From NCBI GenBank assembly GCA_964464595.1, contig CAYXGW010000003.1, forward strand, positions 20,964 to 84,963: 64,000 nucleotides of DNA, given 5' to 3'. The DNA comes from an uncultured Deferribacteres bacterium (GTDB lineage Bacteria > Zhuqueibacterota > JdFR-76 > DREG01). Below the pieces are notes generated by a model. It was not told the DNA's origin. It saw only the letters and a list, made by a program, of their open reading frames with translations, and did not search any database. The position numbers were made by a program, and so were the translations under genes. This document shows, one piece after another, positions 49,923 to 60,366 of the stretch (position 1 is its first letter; every line of letters begins with the position of its first letter).

Positions 49923-51260
49923 ATGAGAACGAGCTCACCGCTAAAGGATATTTTAAAAACTTCGTTGCCTGCGATTGTCGATTTATCTTCTCAAACAATC
50001 ATGTGGACAATCGAATTTATTCTAGTAGGTATGATTAGTGCAGCTGCCTTAGCTGGTGTCGGGATGGCTATCCAGATCATCATATTATTTTTTGTACTTC
50101 TTTTGACTTTCGTTGTGGGTAGTTCTTTAATCATCAATCGTCATTTGGGAGCCAACAATACCTGGGAAGCCAACCACATAATGGCCCAGGCACTTTTCAT
50201 GGGTATCATTATTTCGATATTAACAGGGCTCATATGGTACTTCGGCGCAACATTGCTCTTTAATTTAATTCGAGAAAATGAACCCCTTGCCAAGCAGGCA
50301 GGAGTTCAATACCTGCAAATTCTATCAGTATTTGCTCCTCTAATTATCACAAACTTTATCGCTGTCGGAATTATTCGCGGAGCCGGAGATACGAAAATAT
50401 CTATGACCTTGAATTTAATCATCAACACCCTTAATTTAATATTAGCGCCAATCTTAATATTCGGTTGGTTTGGGTTTCCCCGAATGGAGGTCCGTGGGGC
50501 CGCCTATGCTGTGGCCATTGCTCATTCCATAGGTTTCTTTCTCACGATATATATATTACGTTCAAGAAAAAGCCGGCTATTTCTTTCATTTCGGGAAATT
50601 ACAACACCGAACCTTCAAAGTTTTAAAAGGCTCTTTAAAATTGGTTTACCAATAACTGGTGAACAATTACCCTTTGCAATTGGCCAAATGGTTATCACGA
50701 TTTATGTTGCGCCATTAGGAATTTCATTTCTAGCAGCCCACCAAGTTTTTATGCGAATACAGGCAGTTCTCTCCATGGTTTTTATGGGATTTAGCTTAGG
50801 CGCGATGACGTTGGTGGGGCAGAACATTGGCGCTAATGAACACCAGCGAGCAGAACAAACCGGCAAAACAGCTGTCTATGTATCTTTAGTTTTTGTCCTT
50901 TTGATAGTTTTTTGTATTATAATATTAGGCGAGTCACTCATCAAAATATTTACAGATGATCCAACAGTCATTCAAATGGCAATGAGTATTATCGTCATTT
51001 TCGCATTGATTCAAATCCCAAAGGCGTTGAATACGGTTCTGGGTGGAATTCTTCGGGGTGCGGGAGAACTTAAATGGCTAATGTTTCTTTCAATGGTTTC
51101 TGTGATCGTCATGGAAATCAGCGCAACGGGGATTGCTACAATTATATTTAGCTTTTCGCTTCGGGGAATTTGGATTGTTCTGTGTATTGATGAAATGATT
51201 AGGGTGTTACTGAACTATTGGCGATTTCATGGGGGTAAGTGGAAATTGATTGATGTATAA
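49923..51260 (+). CDS. MATE family efflux transporter
   Basis: 445 aa, 12 predicted TM, duplicated 6-TM MATE pattern (GAGDTKISMT in the first half; RGAGELKWL in the second). Confidence 0.85.
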   Translation: MRTSSPLKDILKTSLPAIVDLSSQTIMWTIEFILVGMISAAALAGVGMAIQIIILFFVLLLTFVVGSSLIINRHLGANNTWEANHIMAQALFMGIIISILTGLIWYFGATLLFNLIRENEPLAKQAGVQYLQILSVFAPLIITNFIAVGIIRGAGDTKISMTLNLIINTLNLILAPILIFGWFGFPRMEVRGAAYAVAIAHSIGFFLTIYILRSRKSRLFLSFREITTPNLQSFKRLFKIGLPITGEQLPFAIGQMVITIYVAPLGISFLAAHQVFMRIQAVLSMVFMGFSLGAMTLVGQNIGANEHQRAEQTGKTAVYVSLVFVLLIVFCIIILGESLIKIFTDDPTVIQMAMSIIVIFALIQIPKALNTVLGGILRGAGELKWLMFLSMVSVIVMEISATGIATIIFSFSLRGIWIVLCIDEMIRVLLNYWRFHGGKWKLIDV

Positions 51261-51272
51261 TGGAAAGGCTGT

Positions 51273-51923
51273 ATGAAACCCAGCAAAGGACGATTGATTA
51301 GTTTTGAAGGAATTGATTTCTGCGGGAAATCCGTTCAGGCTGAACTATTGTATAAAAAAATTGAAGAAAGTTTTGATATTAAGGATTGCTCTGTATGTCT
51401 GTTTCGAGAACCAGGAGGATCAATAATTTCAGAGCTTATTCGAGAAATTTTATTGGACCGATCATTAACGATGATGAATTCTTACACGGAACTGCTATTA
51501 TACTCGGCTTCACGATCTCAGTTAATTGCAGAAAAAATCATTCCAGAACTTAATCGGGGTTCAATCGTAATTTGTGATCGGTTTTTTGATTCGACCGTAG
51601 CTTATCAAGGTTATGGAAGAAGTATTGAACTAGACAAAATCAAAATGGCAAATCATATTGCAACACATGGCGTAAAACCCAATATTACTTTAATTATCGA
51701 TGTGGAGCCACAATTAGCCGCAAATCGTCAGCAAAAAGCTGGTTTAAACCGTGATCGATTGGAGAATGAAAAGCTGTCATTTCATCAAAAAGTACGGGTA
51801 GGATACTTACAACTTGCCGTAAATGAGCCTGATCGGGTAAAAATAATTGATGGAAATGATAAAATAGAGGAAATTTCAAAAAAAGTTTGGCAACTTATAG
51901 AATCAGATTTAAGGAACACTTAA
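51273..51923 (+). CDS. tmk: Thymidylate kinase
   Basis: 216 aa. P-loop ISFEGIDFCGKS, DRFFDSTVAYQG motif, lid region. Confidence 0.9.
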   Translation: MKPSKGRLISFEGIDFCGKSVQAELLYKKIEESFDIKDCSVCLFREPGGSIISELIREILLDRSLTMMNSYTELLLYSASRSQLIAEKIIPELNRGSIVICDRFFDSTVAYQGYGRSIELDKIKMANHIATHGVKPNITLIIDVEPQLAANRQQKAGLNRDRLENEKLSFHQKVRVGYLQLAVNEPDRVKIIDGNDKIEEISKKVWQLIESDLRNT

Positions 51924-51956
51924 TAAATTAGTGCTTGATCGAAAATAACCTGACTG

Positions 51957-51990
51957 TAATTCCTGCATGTTTTTAACAGGAATTATTTTG
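51957..51990 (+). terminator. Rho-independent terminator after tmk
   Basis: 9-bp stem TAATTCCTG(51957-51965)/CAGGAATTA(51977-51985), 11-nt loop, then TTTTG. Confidence 0.55.
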
Positions 51991-52074
51991 AACCAAGGCC
52001 GTCGTTATTCGAGTTTTCGTTCAAACAATAATTAAACGAACCTATATTATTCGAAATACTGTTTCGGAGGAATT

Positions 52075-53751
52075 ATGAGTAAAAAAACTCAACCTTATGT
52101 TATTATCATCCTTATTTTGGTTGCAATTACTTTTAGTGGTTGGCTGGCAAATTCTTCGACTACAATGGATCCCGATCTCTATGTGACACTCAAGAAAAAC
52201 ATGACGCTTTTCAAGCGTATTTATGAGGAGATATCATTTCGCTACGTCGATGAGGTTGATCCGGAAGCTTTCATAAGAGCCGGAATTGAAGGGATGACCA
52301 GTCGCCTCGATCCGTATACTAATTTTGTGGAGCAGGAAGAAAATGCCAATCTCCGTACCGTAACAGAAGGAAAATACGGTGGCGTGGGAATGACGATTAG
52401 CAAAAGAGGGAGATTAACAGTTGTTGTTGAACCACCATATGAAGACGATCCCGCAGGGAAAGCAGATATTCATGAAGGAGATGTGCTCATCGAAGTTGAG
52501 GGAAAGGACACAGAAGATCTTTCTCTTTCTGAAATTGCACAATTGTTACGGGGAAAGCCAGGTACATCTGTAAGATTAATAGCAAAGCGATCTGGAGAAG
52601 CAGATCCTCTTGAATTTAGATTAGTACGAGCCATGATAGTCGTTCATGATGTTTCGTATGCAGACATTATAAAGGATGATATCGGATATATCCGTTTAAC
52701 CCGATTTTCCAGGTATGCTGCTGATCAGCTTGAAGAAGCCTTGAATGAACTAAAAGCTAAAAACATGAAAGGATTAATTTTCGATTTAAGGAATAATCCT
52801 GGCGGCTTATTGAATTCTGCTGTTAATGTAGCAGACCTGTTCTTACCAAAGGGAGAGCTCGTCGTTTATACAAAAGGTCGCTCGGAGCGATCAAATATGA
52901 AGTATCATTCACCGAACGAGCCCGTTCTACCTGATATGCCTATGGTTATCCTGGTAAATGGGTTTTCAGCGTCAGCTTCGGAAATTGTTGCTGGCGCCAT
53001 TCAGGATTTGGATCGTGGATTAATCATTGGGTCAAGAACTTTTGGAAAAGGTTTAGTGCAAACAGTTGTTCCTTTTTCTCGAAACACAGCATTACGACTT
53101 ACAACTGCAAAATACTATGTTCCCAGCGGTAGATTGATTCAAAATCTGTCCCGTTTAAATAGAGATAGCCACATATTTAGCAATCAGGATTCCGAACTAA
53201 TTTCTGATTCATCAGAAAAAGGCAAAAAAGAATTCCGCACTAAATCCGGAAGGATCGTATATGGCGGCGGAGGTATAAAACCGGATATAGAATTTGACCC
53301 CGAGATATTATCCAGTTATGAAAGAGCCTTAATTCGACAATCCATGTTTTTTAATTTTGCAATATCGCGCTCCGGAAGTTTTTCTGAAACATCGGGCATA
53401 AGTGATCAATTATTGGCTGAATTTAGAAAATATATAGATGAAAATGAATTTACTTTCGATCTGGAAGGAGAAGAAGGAATTAAAAACCTTGAAAAAATAT
53501 TTGCAGAAAATAACTTTAGAGAACTTGAAGATCAACTGATTTCAATGCGTGAATCGTTAAATCAAATCAAAAACAATCAATTTGAAGTACACAGAGACTT
53601 TATCCAAAAGAATCTAAGAAAAGAGATTGCCGCAAAGTTAAATGGGTCGCGTGGTCAGGTTGAATCCAATCTTGAAGAAGATCATATTTTTCAAACTGCA
53701 TTTGAAGTGTTGACCAATCCGACGGAATATTCAATGAAACTTGGAAAATAG
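52075..53751 (+). CDS. S41 family C-terminal processing (tail-specific) peptidase with PDZ domain
   Basis: 558 aa. N-terminal TM/signal. PDZ region (GDVLIEVEGKDTEDLSLSEIAQLLRGKPGTSVRL). S41 catalytic region (GLIFDLRNNPGGLLNSAVNVADLF; NGFSASASEIVAGA; FGKGLVQT). Confidence 0.85.
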   Translation: MSKKTQPYVIIILILVAITFSGWLANSSTTMDPDLYVTLKKNMTLFKRIYEEISFRYVDEVDPEAFIRAGIEGMTSRLDPYTNFVEQEENANLRTVTEGKYGGVGMTISKRGRLTVVVEPPYEDDPAGKADIHEGDVLIEVEGKDTEDLSLSEIAQLLRGKPGTSVRLIAKRSGEADPLEFRLVRAMIVVHDVSYADIIKDDIGYIRLTRFSRYAADQLEEALNELKAKNMKGLIFDLRNNPGGLLNSAVNVADLFLPKGELVVYTKGRSERSNMKYHSPNEPVLPDMPMVILVNGFSASASEIVAGAIQDLDRGLIIGSRTFGKGLVQTVVPFSRNTALRLTTAKYYVPSGRLIQNLSRLNRDSHIFSNQDSELISDSSEKGKKEFRTKSGRIVYGGGGIKPDIEFDPEILSSYERALIRQSMFFNFAISRSGSFSETSGISDQLLAEFRKYIDENEFTFDLEGEEGIKNLEKIFAENNFRELEDQLISMRESLNQIKNNQFEVHRDFIQKNLRKEIAAKLNGSRGQVESNLEEDHIFQTAFEVLTNPTEYSMKLGK

Positions 53752-53997
53752 AAGCTTTCGTTAATTTCTGATTTTCCTTTTTTAAACGGCCGTCTTGAAA
53801 TTGGTTCTCAGTAGTATATTGTAAAGGAAGGTTAAAAAACCCAACTTTTTTGGGGCTCATGTAAAAAAGTGATTTACAGGGGGTTGCAGGAGTTGAGTTA
53901 AAAGTAGAAAAATATGTTTTTATTTAAGATTTTAGAAAAGATTCAGTCGAGTCTTTAATTAAGATTTTATAACGAATGATAATAAGTTAAGGAGCAA

Positions 53998-56715
53998 TTG
54001 ATGTCTATTAAAATGGTATACTCCTTTGGCGATCGCAAAGCTGAAGGCAAAACTGAAATGAAAAGTTTGTTGGGAGGAAAAGGAGCAAACTTAGCTGAAA
54101 TGAGTAACATGGGAATTCGGGTTCCTGCTGGTTTTACAATTACAACCGAGGTTTGCAAATTGTACTATGCAAACGATCGTCAATATCCCCAGGAGTTAGA
54201 AGCCCAGGTTAAGGAAGCCATTTTGGATGTTGAAAAAAGCATGGGTGCAAAATTTAATGATTCAACCAACCCGCTTTTGCTATCGGTCAGATCAGGTGCA
54301 CGGGATTCGATGCCGGGGATGATGGACACTGTCTTAAACATTGGCTTAAATGATGTAAGCGTTCAGGGGATTATTAATCAATCCAACAACGAACGCTTTG
54401 CCTGGGATTCTTATCGTCGATTTGTTCAGATGTATGGCGATGTCGTTATGGATTTGAAGCCGGAATCAAAAGAAAAAGAGGATCCGTTTGAAAGTATAAT
54501 CGATGAAATGAAAGTTGATCGTGGTGTTAAACTGGATGCAGATCTTACAGCAGCTGACTTAAAAGAAATGGTTATCCTGTTTAAAAATGCCATTAAAGAA
54601 AAGAAAGGAGCCGATTTCCCAACGGATCCCTGGGAACAGTTATGGGGATCCATCGGCGCGGTTTTTAATTCCTGGATGAACCAAAGAGCGATCACTTATC
54701 GAAAACTTAATGGTATCCCCGCTGAATGGGGAACAGCCGTTAATGTTCAGGCGATGGTTTTTGGAAATATGGGTGATGATTGTGTAACCGGCGTTGCTTT
54801 TACTCGTGATCCGGCTACAGGCGAGAATTCGTTTTTTGGAGAATATTTAATAAATGCGCAGGGTGAAGATGTGGTAGCAGGAATTCGAACACCTCAACAA
54901 ATCACAAAAAAACAGAGTCAAGAAACAGCCATTCAATGCGATATGCCGGAAGAGATCAGGAAAGAAAAAGCTTTGTCATTAGAAGAATATATGCCGGAAG
55001 CGTACGAGGACTTGGTTGGAATATACAAAAATCTGGATCATCATTACCGTGATATGCAAGACATTGAGTTTACAATTCAACGAAACAAATTGTGGATGCT
55101 TCAAACCAGGAATGGCAAAAGGACTGCAGAGGCAGCTGTTCGAATTGCAGTGGAAATGGTAGATGAAGGATTAATCACTCGCGATGAAGCGGTAATGAGA
55201 ATTGAACCCAACCAACTCGAGCATCTTTTACACCCGCAATTTGATCCTGAAGCGAAAAAAAATGTAGTTGCTAAAGGATTACCTGCATCGCCGGGTGCTG
55301 CAACGGGCAGGGTTGTGTTTCATGCCGATGAGGCGGAGGAGTGGGTGGAACGAGGAGAAAAAGTCATCCTGGTTCGAATCGAAACCTCACCGGAGGATAT
55401 TGGCGGCATGCATGTAGCCAATGGAATTTTAACATCCCGAGGGGGCATGACTTCTCATGCTGCTGTTGTAGCGCGTGGAATGGGCACTTGTTGTGTAGCA
55501 GGTGTTGGCGTTCTAAACATAAGTTACTCGAATCGAGAAATCCGAATTGGTGACCTCGTAATTAAAGAGGGCGATAATATTTCTTTAAATGGAACCACGG
55601 GTGAGGTTATGACCGGAAAGGTAGCGACGATTGAATCTGAGCTGTCCGGAAATTTTGGCAGGTTGATGGAATGGGCAGATGGTATCCGCAAATTGAATGT
55701 TCGCACCAATGCAGATACGCCAAATGATTCCGAAGTGGCTCGGAATTTCGGTGCAGAAGGAATTGGACTTTGTCGAACAGAGCACATGTTTTTTGAAGGG
55801 GATCGTATAAAAGCGGTTCGGGAAATGATTTTAGCCGATGATGAGGCGGGGCGTCGCTCTGCGCTCGACAAACTGCTTCCTATGCAGAAAGGTGATTTTT
55901 ACGGAATCTTAAAAGCAATGGAAGATTTGCCGGTAACCATTCGTACGCTTGATCCACCGTTGCATGAATTCTTACCTCACGAAGAAAAGCAACAGCAAGA
56001 GATGGCGAACGAAATGGGTGTTTCGTTAGAAGATGTGAGGAACAAAGTTGAAAGCCTTAGCGAGTTCAATCCAATGTTAGGCCATCGAGGTTGCCGCCTG
56101 GGCATTGTTTACCCGGAAATAACTGAAATGCAAGTTCATGCAATAATTGCAGCTACGTGTGAATTGGTAAAAGAAGGGATCAATGTTTACCCGGAAATTA
56201 TGATCCCTCTCATTGGAACCAAAGAAGAATTGATCCACCAGCGGGAAGTTACCGAGAAAGTTGCCAAAAGGGTTCAAGAAGAATACGGTACAGAGGTTAA
56301 TTATTCAATTGGAACAATGATCGAAATTCCCCGGGCAGTTCTCACGGCAGACAAGATTGCCGAAGTTGCTGATTTCTTTTCTTTTGGAACAAACGATCTA
56401 ACCCAGCTTACTTATGGGTACAGCAGGGATGATGCAGGGATATTTTTGGCAGCGTACCAGGAGATGAATATTCTTCCGGAGGATCCGTTTCAGGTATTGG
56501 ATCAGGAAGGAGTCGGAGAACTTGTCAAGATGGGTGTGGATAGAGGTAGATCTACCAAGCCTGATCTTAAAATCGGAATATGCGGAGAACATGGAGGAGA
56601 GCCGAAATCCGTTGAATTTTGCCACAAAGTGGGTATGGATTATGTTAGTTGTTCACCGTACCGGGTGCCGATTGCCAGGTTAGCAGCTGCACAAGCGGTA
56701 TTAAAAGAAAAGTAG
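53998..56715 (+). CDS. ppdK: Pyruvate, phosphate dikinase
   Basis: 905 aa. ATP-grasp N-domain. Central phosphohistidine domain [22 protein letters not shown]-terminal PEP-utilising TIM barrel ([10 protein letters not shown]; CGEHGGEP). Confidence 0.95.
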   Translation: MMSIKMVYSFGDRKAEGKTEMKSLLGGKGANLAEMSNMGIRVPAGFTITTEVCKLYYANDRQYPQELEAQVKEAILDVEKSMGAKFNDSTNPLLLSVRSGARDSMPGMMDTVLNIGLNDVSVQGIINQSNNERFAWDSYRRFVQMYGDVVMDLKPESKEKEDPFESIIDEMKVDRGVKLDADLTAADLKEMVILFKNAIKEKKGADFPTDPWEQLWGSIGAVFNSWMNQRAITYRKLNGIPAEWGTAVNVQAMVFGNMGDDCVTGVAFTRDPATGENSFFGEYLINAQGEDVVAGIRTPQQITKKQSQETAIQCDMPEEIRKEKALSLEEYMPEAYEDLVGIYKNLDHHYRDMQDIEFTIQRNKLWMLQTRNGKRTAEAAVRIAVEMVDEGLITRDEAVMRIEPNQLEHLLHPQFDPEAKKNVVAKGLPASPGAATGRVVFHADEAEEWVERGEKVILVRIETSPEDIGGMHVANGILTSRGGMTSHAAVVARGMGTCCVAGVGVLNISYSNREIRIGDLVIKEGDNISLNGTTGEVMTGKVATIESELSGNFGRLMEWADGIRKLNVRTNADTPNDSEVARNFGAEGIGLCRTEHMFFEGDRIKAVREMILADDEAGRRSALDKLLPMQKGDFYGILKAMEDLPVTIRTLDPPLHEFLPHEEKQQQEMANEMGVSLEDVRNKVESLSEFNPMLGHRGCRLGIVYPEITEMQVHAIIAATCELVKEGINVYPEIMIPLIGTKEELIHQREVTEKVAKRVQEEYGTEVNYSIGTMIEIPRAVLTADKIAEVADFFSFGTNDLTQLTYGYSRDDAGIFLAAYQEMNILPEDPFQVLDQEGVGELVKMGVDRGRSTKPDLKIGICGEHGGEPKSVEFCHKVGMDYVSCSPYRVPIARLAAAQAVLKEK

Positions 56716-56862
56716 AATGTCTTTGCGATGAGATAAAAAACGCTTTCAAAGTTCTGAAAAGAAAAGCATAAAACAACTAAAGGAAGTTTGTGACGATCCG
56801 ACATATTTGTAGCTATCACAATTTCCCTCAGCTCAAAACCGAAAGGAGCAAAGTCGAGAAAT

Positions 56863-57516
56863 ATGTTTAATGTATTCTGCGATTTTGATGGCACAATTAG
56901 CCTCAATGATGTAGGAAACGAGTTCTTTACCATATTCACAAATGGAAAAGCCAAAAGTTTTGTCGATTTATGGAAAGCAGGCAAGATAGATTCAAAGGAG
57001 ATGTATCTCCACTCGGTTGAGCAGATAAATATTTCCCGGGATCAATTGTCTGAATTCGTAAACAGTCAAAAAATCGATCCGTTTTTTTTCGATTTTGTCA
57101 AGCAGTGTGAAGCCGGTTCCAACCAGGTTAGAATTGTTAGTGATGGAATGGATTTTTATATACAACCATTATTATCACGAAACGAATTAGACTACTTAAT
57201 CGTATACTCCAATAAACTATTCTGGAGTAATGGCAAATTAAAAGCAGAGTTTCCCTATTATAAATGGTCGTGTGGTAAATGTGCAAATTGCAAGGGATAT
57301 CATCTTCGCCGGTTTAAGGAACCAGGTAATGAATTGATACTAATAGGAGATGGATTATCAGATGTTTGTGCAGTAAAGGAAGCCGATATAATTTTTGCCA
57401 AAAACGACCTTGCCAAACATTGTGTAAAAAATGAAATTGAATTTATTGAGTACCGAAATTTTTCTGATATCATTGATCAATTTAATAAAAAAGTAAACCT
57501 TAAAAAAGGAGGTTAA
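56863..57516 (+). CDS. HAD-superfamily phosphatase, MtnX-like (2-hydroxy-3-keto-5-methylthiopentenyl-1-phosphate phosphatase family)
   Basis: 217 aa. HAD motif I CDFDGTIS, motif II SDGMDFYIQPLL, motif IV IGDGLSDVCAVKEADIIFAK. Cys cluster WSCGKCANCKGY as in B. subtilis MtnX (remembered). Confidence 0.6.
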   Translation: MFNVFCDFDGTISLNDVGNEFFTIFTNGKAKSFVDLWKAGKIDSKEMYLHSVEQINISRDQLSEFVNSQKIDPFFFDFVKQCEAGSNQVRIVSDGMDFYIQPLLSRNELDYLIVYSNKLFWSNGKLKAEFPYYKWSCGKCANCKGYHLRRFKEPGNELILIGDGLSDVCAVKEADIIFAKNDLAKHCVKNEIEFIEYRNFSDIIDQFNKKVNLKKGG

Positions 57517-57518
57517 TA

Positions 57519-57872
57519 ATGGCTGCAAAAGTTTGGGAAGATATTAAAAAAGGGGTTGAGGATTCGATTACATTTGCAACGGAAAAGACCAAAGAGTTCA
57601 CAGCAATTAGCAAGTTAAAATTGGCCATATCCGGATTGAAAAGAAAAACTGATGGTAAGTTCAAAGAGCTTGGCAAATACGTTTATGGGAAAATAGTAGA
57701 AGGTAAAGTCTCTGAATTGGAAAAAGATGAAAGCGTAAAGGAACTAATTACAGATATCAATTCCCTGAAAGATGAATTAAAAACAAAAGAACAAGAGCTA
57801 GAAGATGTCGGCAAAAAGGACGTAAAAGTTGAAGAAGTGATCGTTGCAGAGGAAGATGTAATCGAGTCTTAG
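57519..57872 (+). CDS. Hypothetical small acidic coiled-coil protein
   Basis: 117 aa, K/E-rich (ELEKDESVKELITDINSLKDELKTKEQELEDVGKK). No recognisable domain. ATG 2 nt after the stop of the preceding phosphatase gene, with GGAGG inside that gene's 3-prime end (translational coupling). Confidence 0.35.
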   Translation: MAAKVWEDIKKGVEDSITFATEKTKEFTAISKLKLAISGLKRKTDGKFKELGKYVYGKIVEGKVSELEKDESVKELITDINSLKDELKTKEQELEDVGKKDVKVEEVIVAEEDVIES

Positions 57873-57900
57873 TCACTTTATATATAGTTCTTTAGATATT

Positions 57901-57941
57901 AAAAAGCGGTTGACACTTAATTTTTTCAACCGCTTTTTCTT
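57901..57941. terminator. Strong bidirectional rho-independent terminator
   Basis: Stem AAAAAGCGGTTGA(57901-57913)/TCAACCGCTTTTT(57926-57938) with a 12-nt loop. A-run on the left arm and T-run on the right arm make it functional in both orientations. Confidence 0.8.
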
Positions 57942-58067
57942 TATAGCATAATTTTATCCTCTTAAAGCGCAACTAGCGGCTCCCGCTTTCTATTGAATTT
58001 CCTAACGAATTCAATTAAATTAAACCATATTAAAATAATAAGTTAGCGACTCTTTTTTAGGAGTTTT

Positions 58068-59420
58068 ATGCAAGATTTGTTTGAAAAACAAGACCCTCTA
58101 GATTCGTCTAAAAAGCCTACCGGGCCGTTGGCAGATCGTGTCCGTCCTCAAAACTTAAATCAGATTGTAGGACAAAAGCATATTTTGGGTGAAGATAAAA
58201 TTCTCTACAAAGCAATAAAGAGTGATCAATTGTTTTCTATGATTTTTTGGGGACCTCCAGGTGTCGGGAAAACCACCCTTGCAAGAGTAATCGCAAACGA
58301 AACCAAAAGCTCGTTTTATTCCTTAAGCGCAGTTACCGCTGGGGTAAAAGAGGTTCGCAAAGTATTGGAGCAAGCTAGAATCAACTTAAATCGATTACAG
58401 AAGAAATCTATTCTTTTTATAGACGAAATCCATCGTTTCAACAAAGCGCAGCAAGATGTTTTATTGCATGAAGTTGAAGATGGAATGATCATTTTAATCG
58501 GGGCGACGACTGAAAATCCGTCATTCGAAGTGAATTCACCACTTTTATCCCGTTGCTGGGTTTTACAAATATTTCAACTGGAAGCAAATGAAATCCGGGA
58601 GATTATTGACAATGCACTATTATCAGATCAAAGATTGAACAAACTTCAAATAGATTTTCCGGATAACAGTATCGAATTATTGATTCGGATGTCATCCGGA
58701 GATGCAAGAGTCTCACTAAACGCTCTCGAATTGGCTGTTTCCATGAGCGGGAAAAGTGATGGAAATGAAGTTAAAATAACAAATGAAATACTGCAGCAAG
58801 CTTTTCAAAGCCGGTCATTATATTACGATAAAAATGCCGCTTATCATTATGATGTCATTTCTGCATTTATTAAAAGCCTCCGTGGTTCTGATCCCGACGC
58901 TGCGCTTCATTGGTTGGCGCGAATGATTGATGCCGGGGAGAAACCTGAATTTATCGCACGGCGAATGATCATTCTTGCATCCGAAGATATTGGCAACGCT
59001 GATCCCCAGGCGATCGTGGTTGCTACTTCGGGATTTACAGCCGTCACTTACATTGGAATGCCTGAAGCGAAATTGGTGCTTGCCCAAGTGGCTACTTATC
59101 TGGCATCGGCGCCGAAGAGTAATGCTTCTTATTTAGCCATTCAGACAGCACTGGAAGATGTGAAAACCCATGAGCAATTGGCAGTTCCGTTACATTTACT
59201 GAATGCACCGACACCCCTGATGAAAACAGCCGGCTATGGAGAAGATTATAAATATCCTCACAATTTTGAAGATAATTTTACTAACCAGGAATATCTACCG
59301 AAGGAACTTTCAGATAGAATTTATTATCACCCCTCCAACAATGGTTATGAAAAGCAGGTAAACGAATATTTAATACATCTTTGGCAAAAACGAAGAAACA
59401 AGAATGCAGGAGAAAAGTAG
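58068..59420 (+). CDS. rarA: Replication-associated recombination protein A (RarA/MgsA, AAA+ ATPase)
   Basis: 450 aa. Walker A MIFWGPPGVGKTTLARVIAN, Walker B ILFIDEIHRFNKAQQD, sensor SRC (LLSRCWV). C-terminal MgsA helical domains. Confidence 0.9.
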   Translation: MQDLFEKQDPLDSSKKPTGPLADRVRPQNLNQIVGQKHILGEDKILYKAIKSDQLFSMIFWGPPGVGKTTLARVIANETKSSFYSLSAVTAGVKEVRKVLEQARINLNRLQKKSILFIDEIHRFNKAQQDVLLHEVEDGMIILIGATTENPSFEVNSPLLSRCWVLQIFQLEANEIREIIDNALLSDQRLNKLQIDFPDNSIELLIRMSSGDARVSLNALELAVSMSGKSDGNEVKITNEILQQAFQSRSLYYDKNAAYHYDVISAFIKSLRGSDPDAALHWLARMIDAGEKPEFIARRMIILASEDIGNADPQAIVVATSGFTAVTYIGMPEAKLVLAQVATYLASAPKSNASYLAIQTALEDVKTHEQLAVPLHLLNAPTPLMKTAGYGEDYKYPHNFEDNFTNQEYLPKELSDRIYYHPSNNGYEKQVNEYLIHLWQKRRNKNAGEK

Positions 59421-60360
59421 AATATTGAAGAAATCTATTGGCGTTGACATTGGTGGCACAAATTTAAAGACAGCGATTGTTATGGAATCTGGCGAATATG
59501 AACATTTATTCTACAGGGATACCGAAGCAAGAAAAGGCCCAAAGCAAATAATCCAAAATTTAAAAATGGAAATAAGGAAGCTCCTGGATCTTAATAATAA
59601 CATTATCGGAATTGGTATCGGATGCGCCGGTCAGGTAAAAGTTGGAACCGGGGAGGTGTATGACCCCCCTAATTTACCTAATTGGCACAAGGAAAATTTA
59701 AAAGAAATCATAGAAAAAGAATTTGGTTTAACAACTTTTGTGGACAATGATGGAACGGTTGCTGCATTTGCAGAGAGTTTATTTGGAGCTGGTCGTGACT
59801 CAAATTATTTTATGCTGGTAGTTCTTGGTACTGGAGTCGGAGCCGGATTGGTTTTCAATAAGAAGATTTACCATGGTTCAATTGGTATAGCCGGAGAATT
59901 TGGGCATTTTACAGTGAATTTTGATGGACCCAAATGCAAGTGCGGCCAAAATGGATGCATCGAAAGATATATTGGTTCCAAATGGATTGTGGAACAAGCG
60001 AATCAAATGATTTCGCAAAATCCAAAATCCAAATTGAAGGAACTGCTTGTGGATGAATGGACTCCGAAAAAAATATCGGATTTTGCAAACGCCGGTGATA
60101 AGTTATGCATTCAAGTCATGAATAATGTGGGCACGCATTTGGGGATTGCTTTGGGTTCCGTAATCAATTTATTAAACCTGGATATGATAGCAATTGGAGG
60201 AGGTATTTCCAATGCCGGTTCGGTATTGTTTGATCCAATGAAAAAATCCCTGCAAAAACATTCTATGTCAATGCCACAATCTATGGTCGAAATTAGAAGA
60301 GCTGAGCTCGGAGAGTACGCCGGAATTATCGGGGCAGGATCGATGGTTTTTGCAAATTAA
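59404..60360 (+). CDS. ROK family sugar kinase (glucokinase-like)
   Basis: 318 aa. N-terminal IGVDIGGTNLKTAIV. ROK zinc motif CKCGQNGCIERY and GHF motif (GIAGEFGHF). Overlaps the rarA stop by 17 nt. Confidence 0.8.
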   Translation: MQEKSRILKKSIGVDIGGTNLKTAIVMESGEYEHLFYRDTEARKGPKQIIQNLKMEIRKLLDLNNNIIGIGIGCAGQVKVGTGEVYDPPNLPNWHKENLKEIIEKEFGLTTFVDNDGTVAAFAESLFGAGRDSNYFMLVVLGTGVGAGLVFNKKIYHGSIGIAGEFGHFTVNFDGPKCKCGQNGCIERYIGSKWIVEQANQMISQNPKSKLKELLVDEWTPKKISDFANAGDKLCIQVMNNVGTHLGIALGSVINLLNLDMIAIGGGISNAGSVLFDPMKKSLQKHSMSMPQSMVEIRRAELGEYAGIIGAGSMVFAN

Positions 60361-60366
60361 TCGATC

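Noticed and set aside
53831-53855. Hairpin CCCAA-CTTTT-TTGGG after the S41 peptidase gene as a terminator
   Set aside because: Only a 5-bp stem. Too weak to call, although it sits in a T-rich context.
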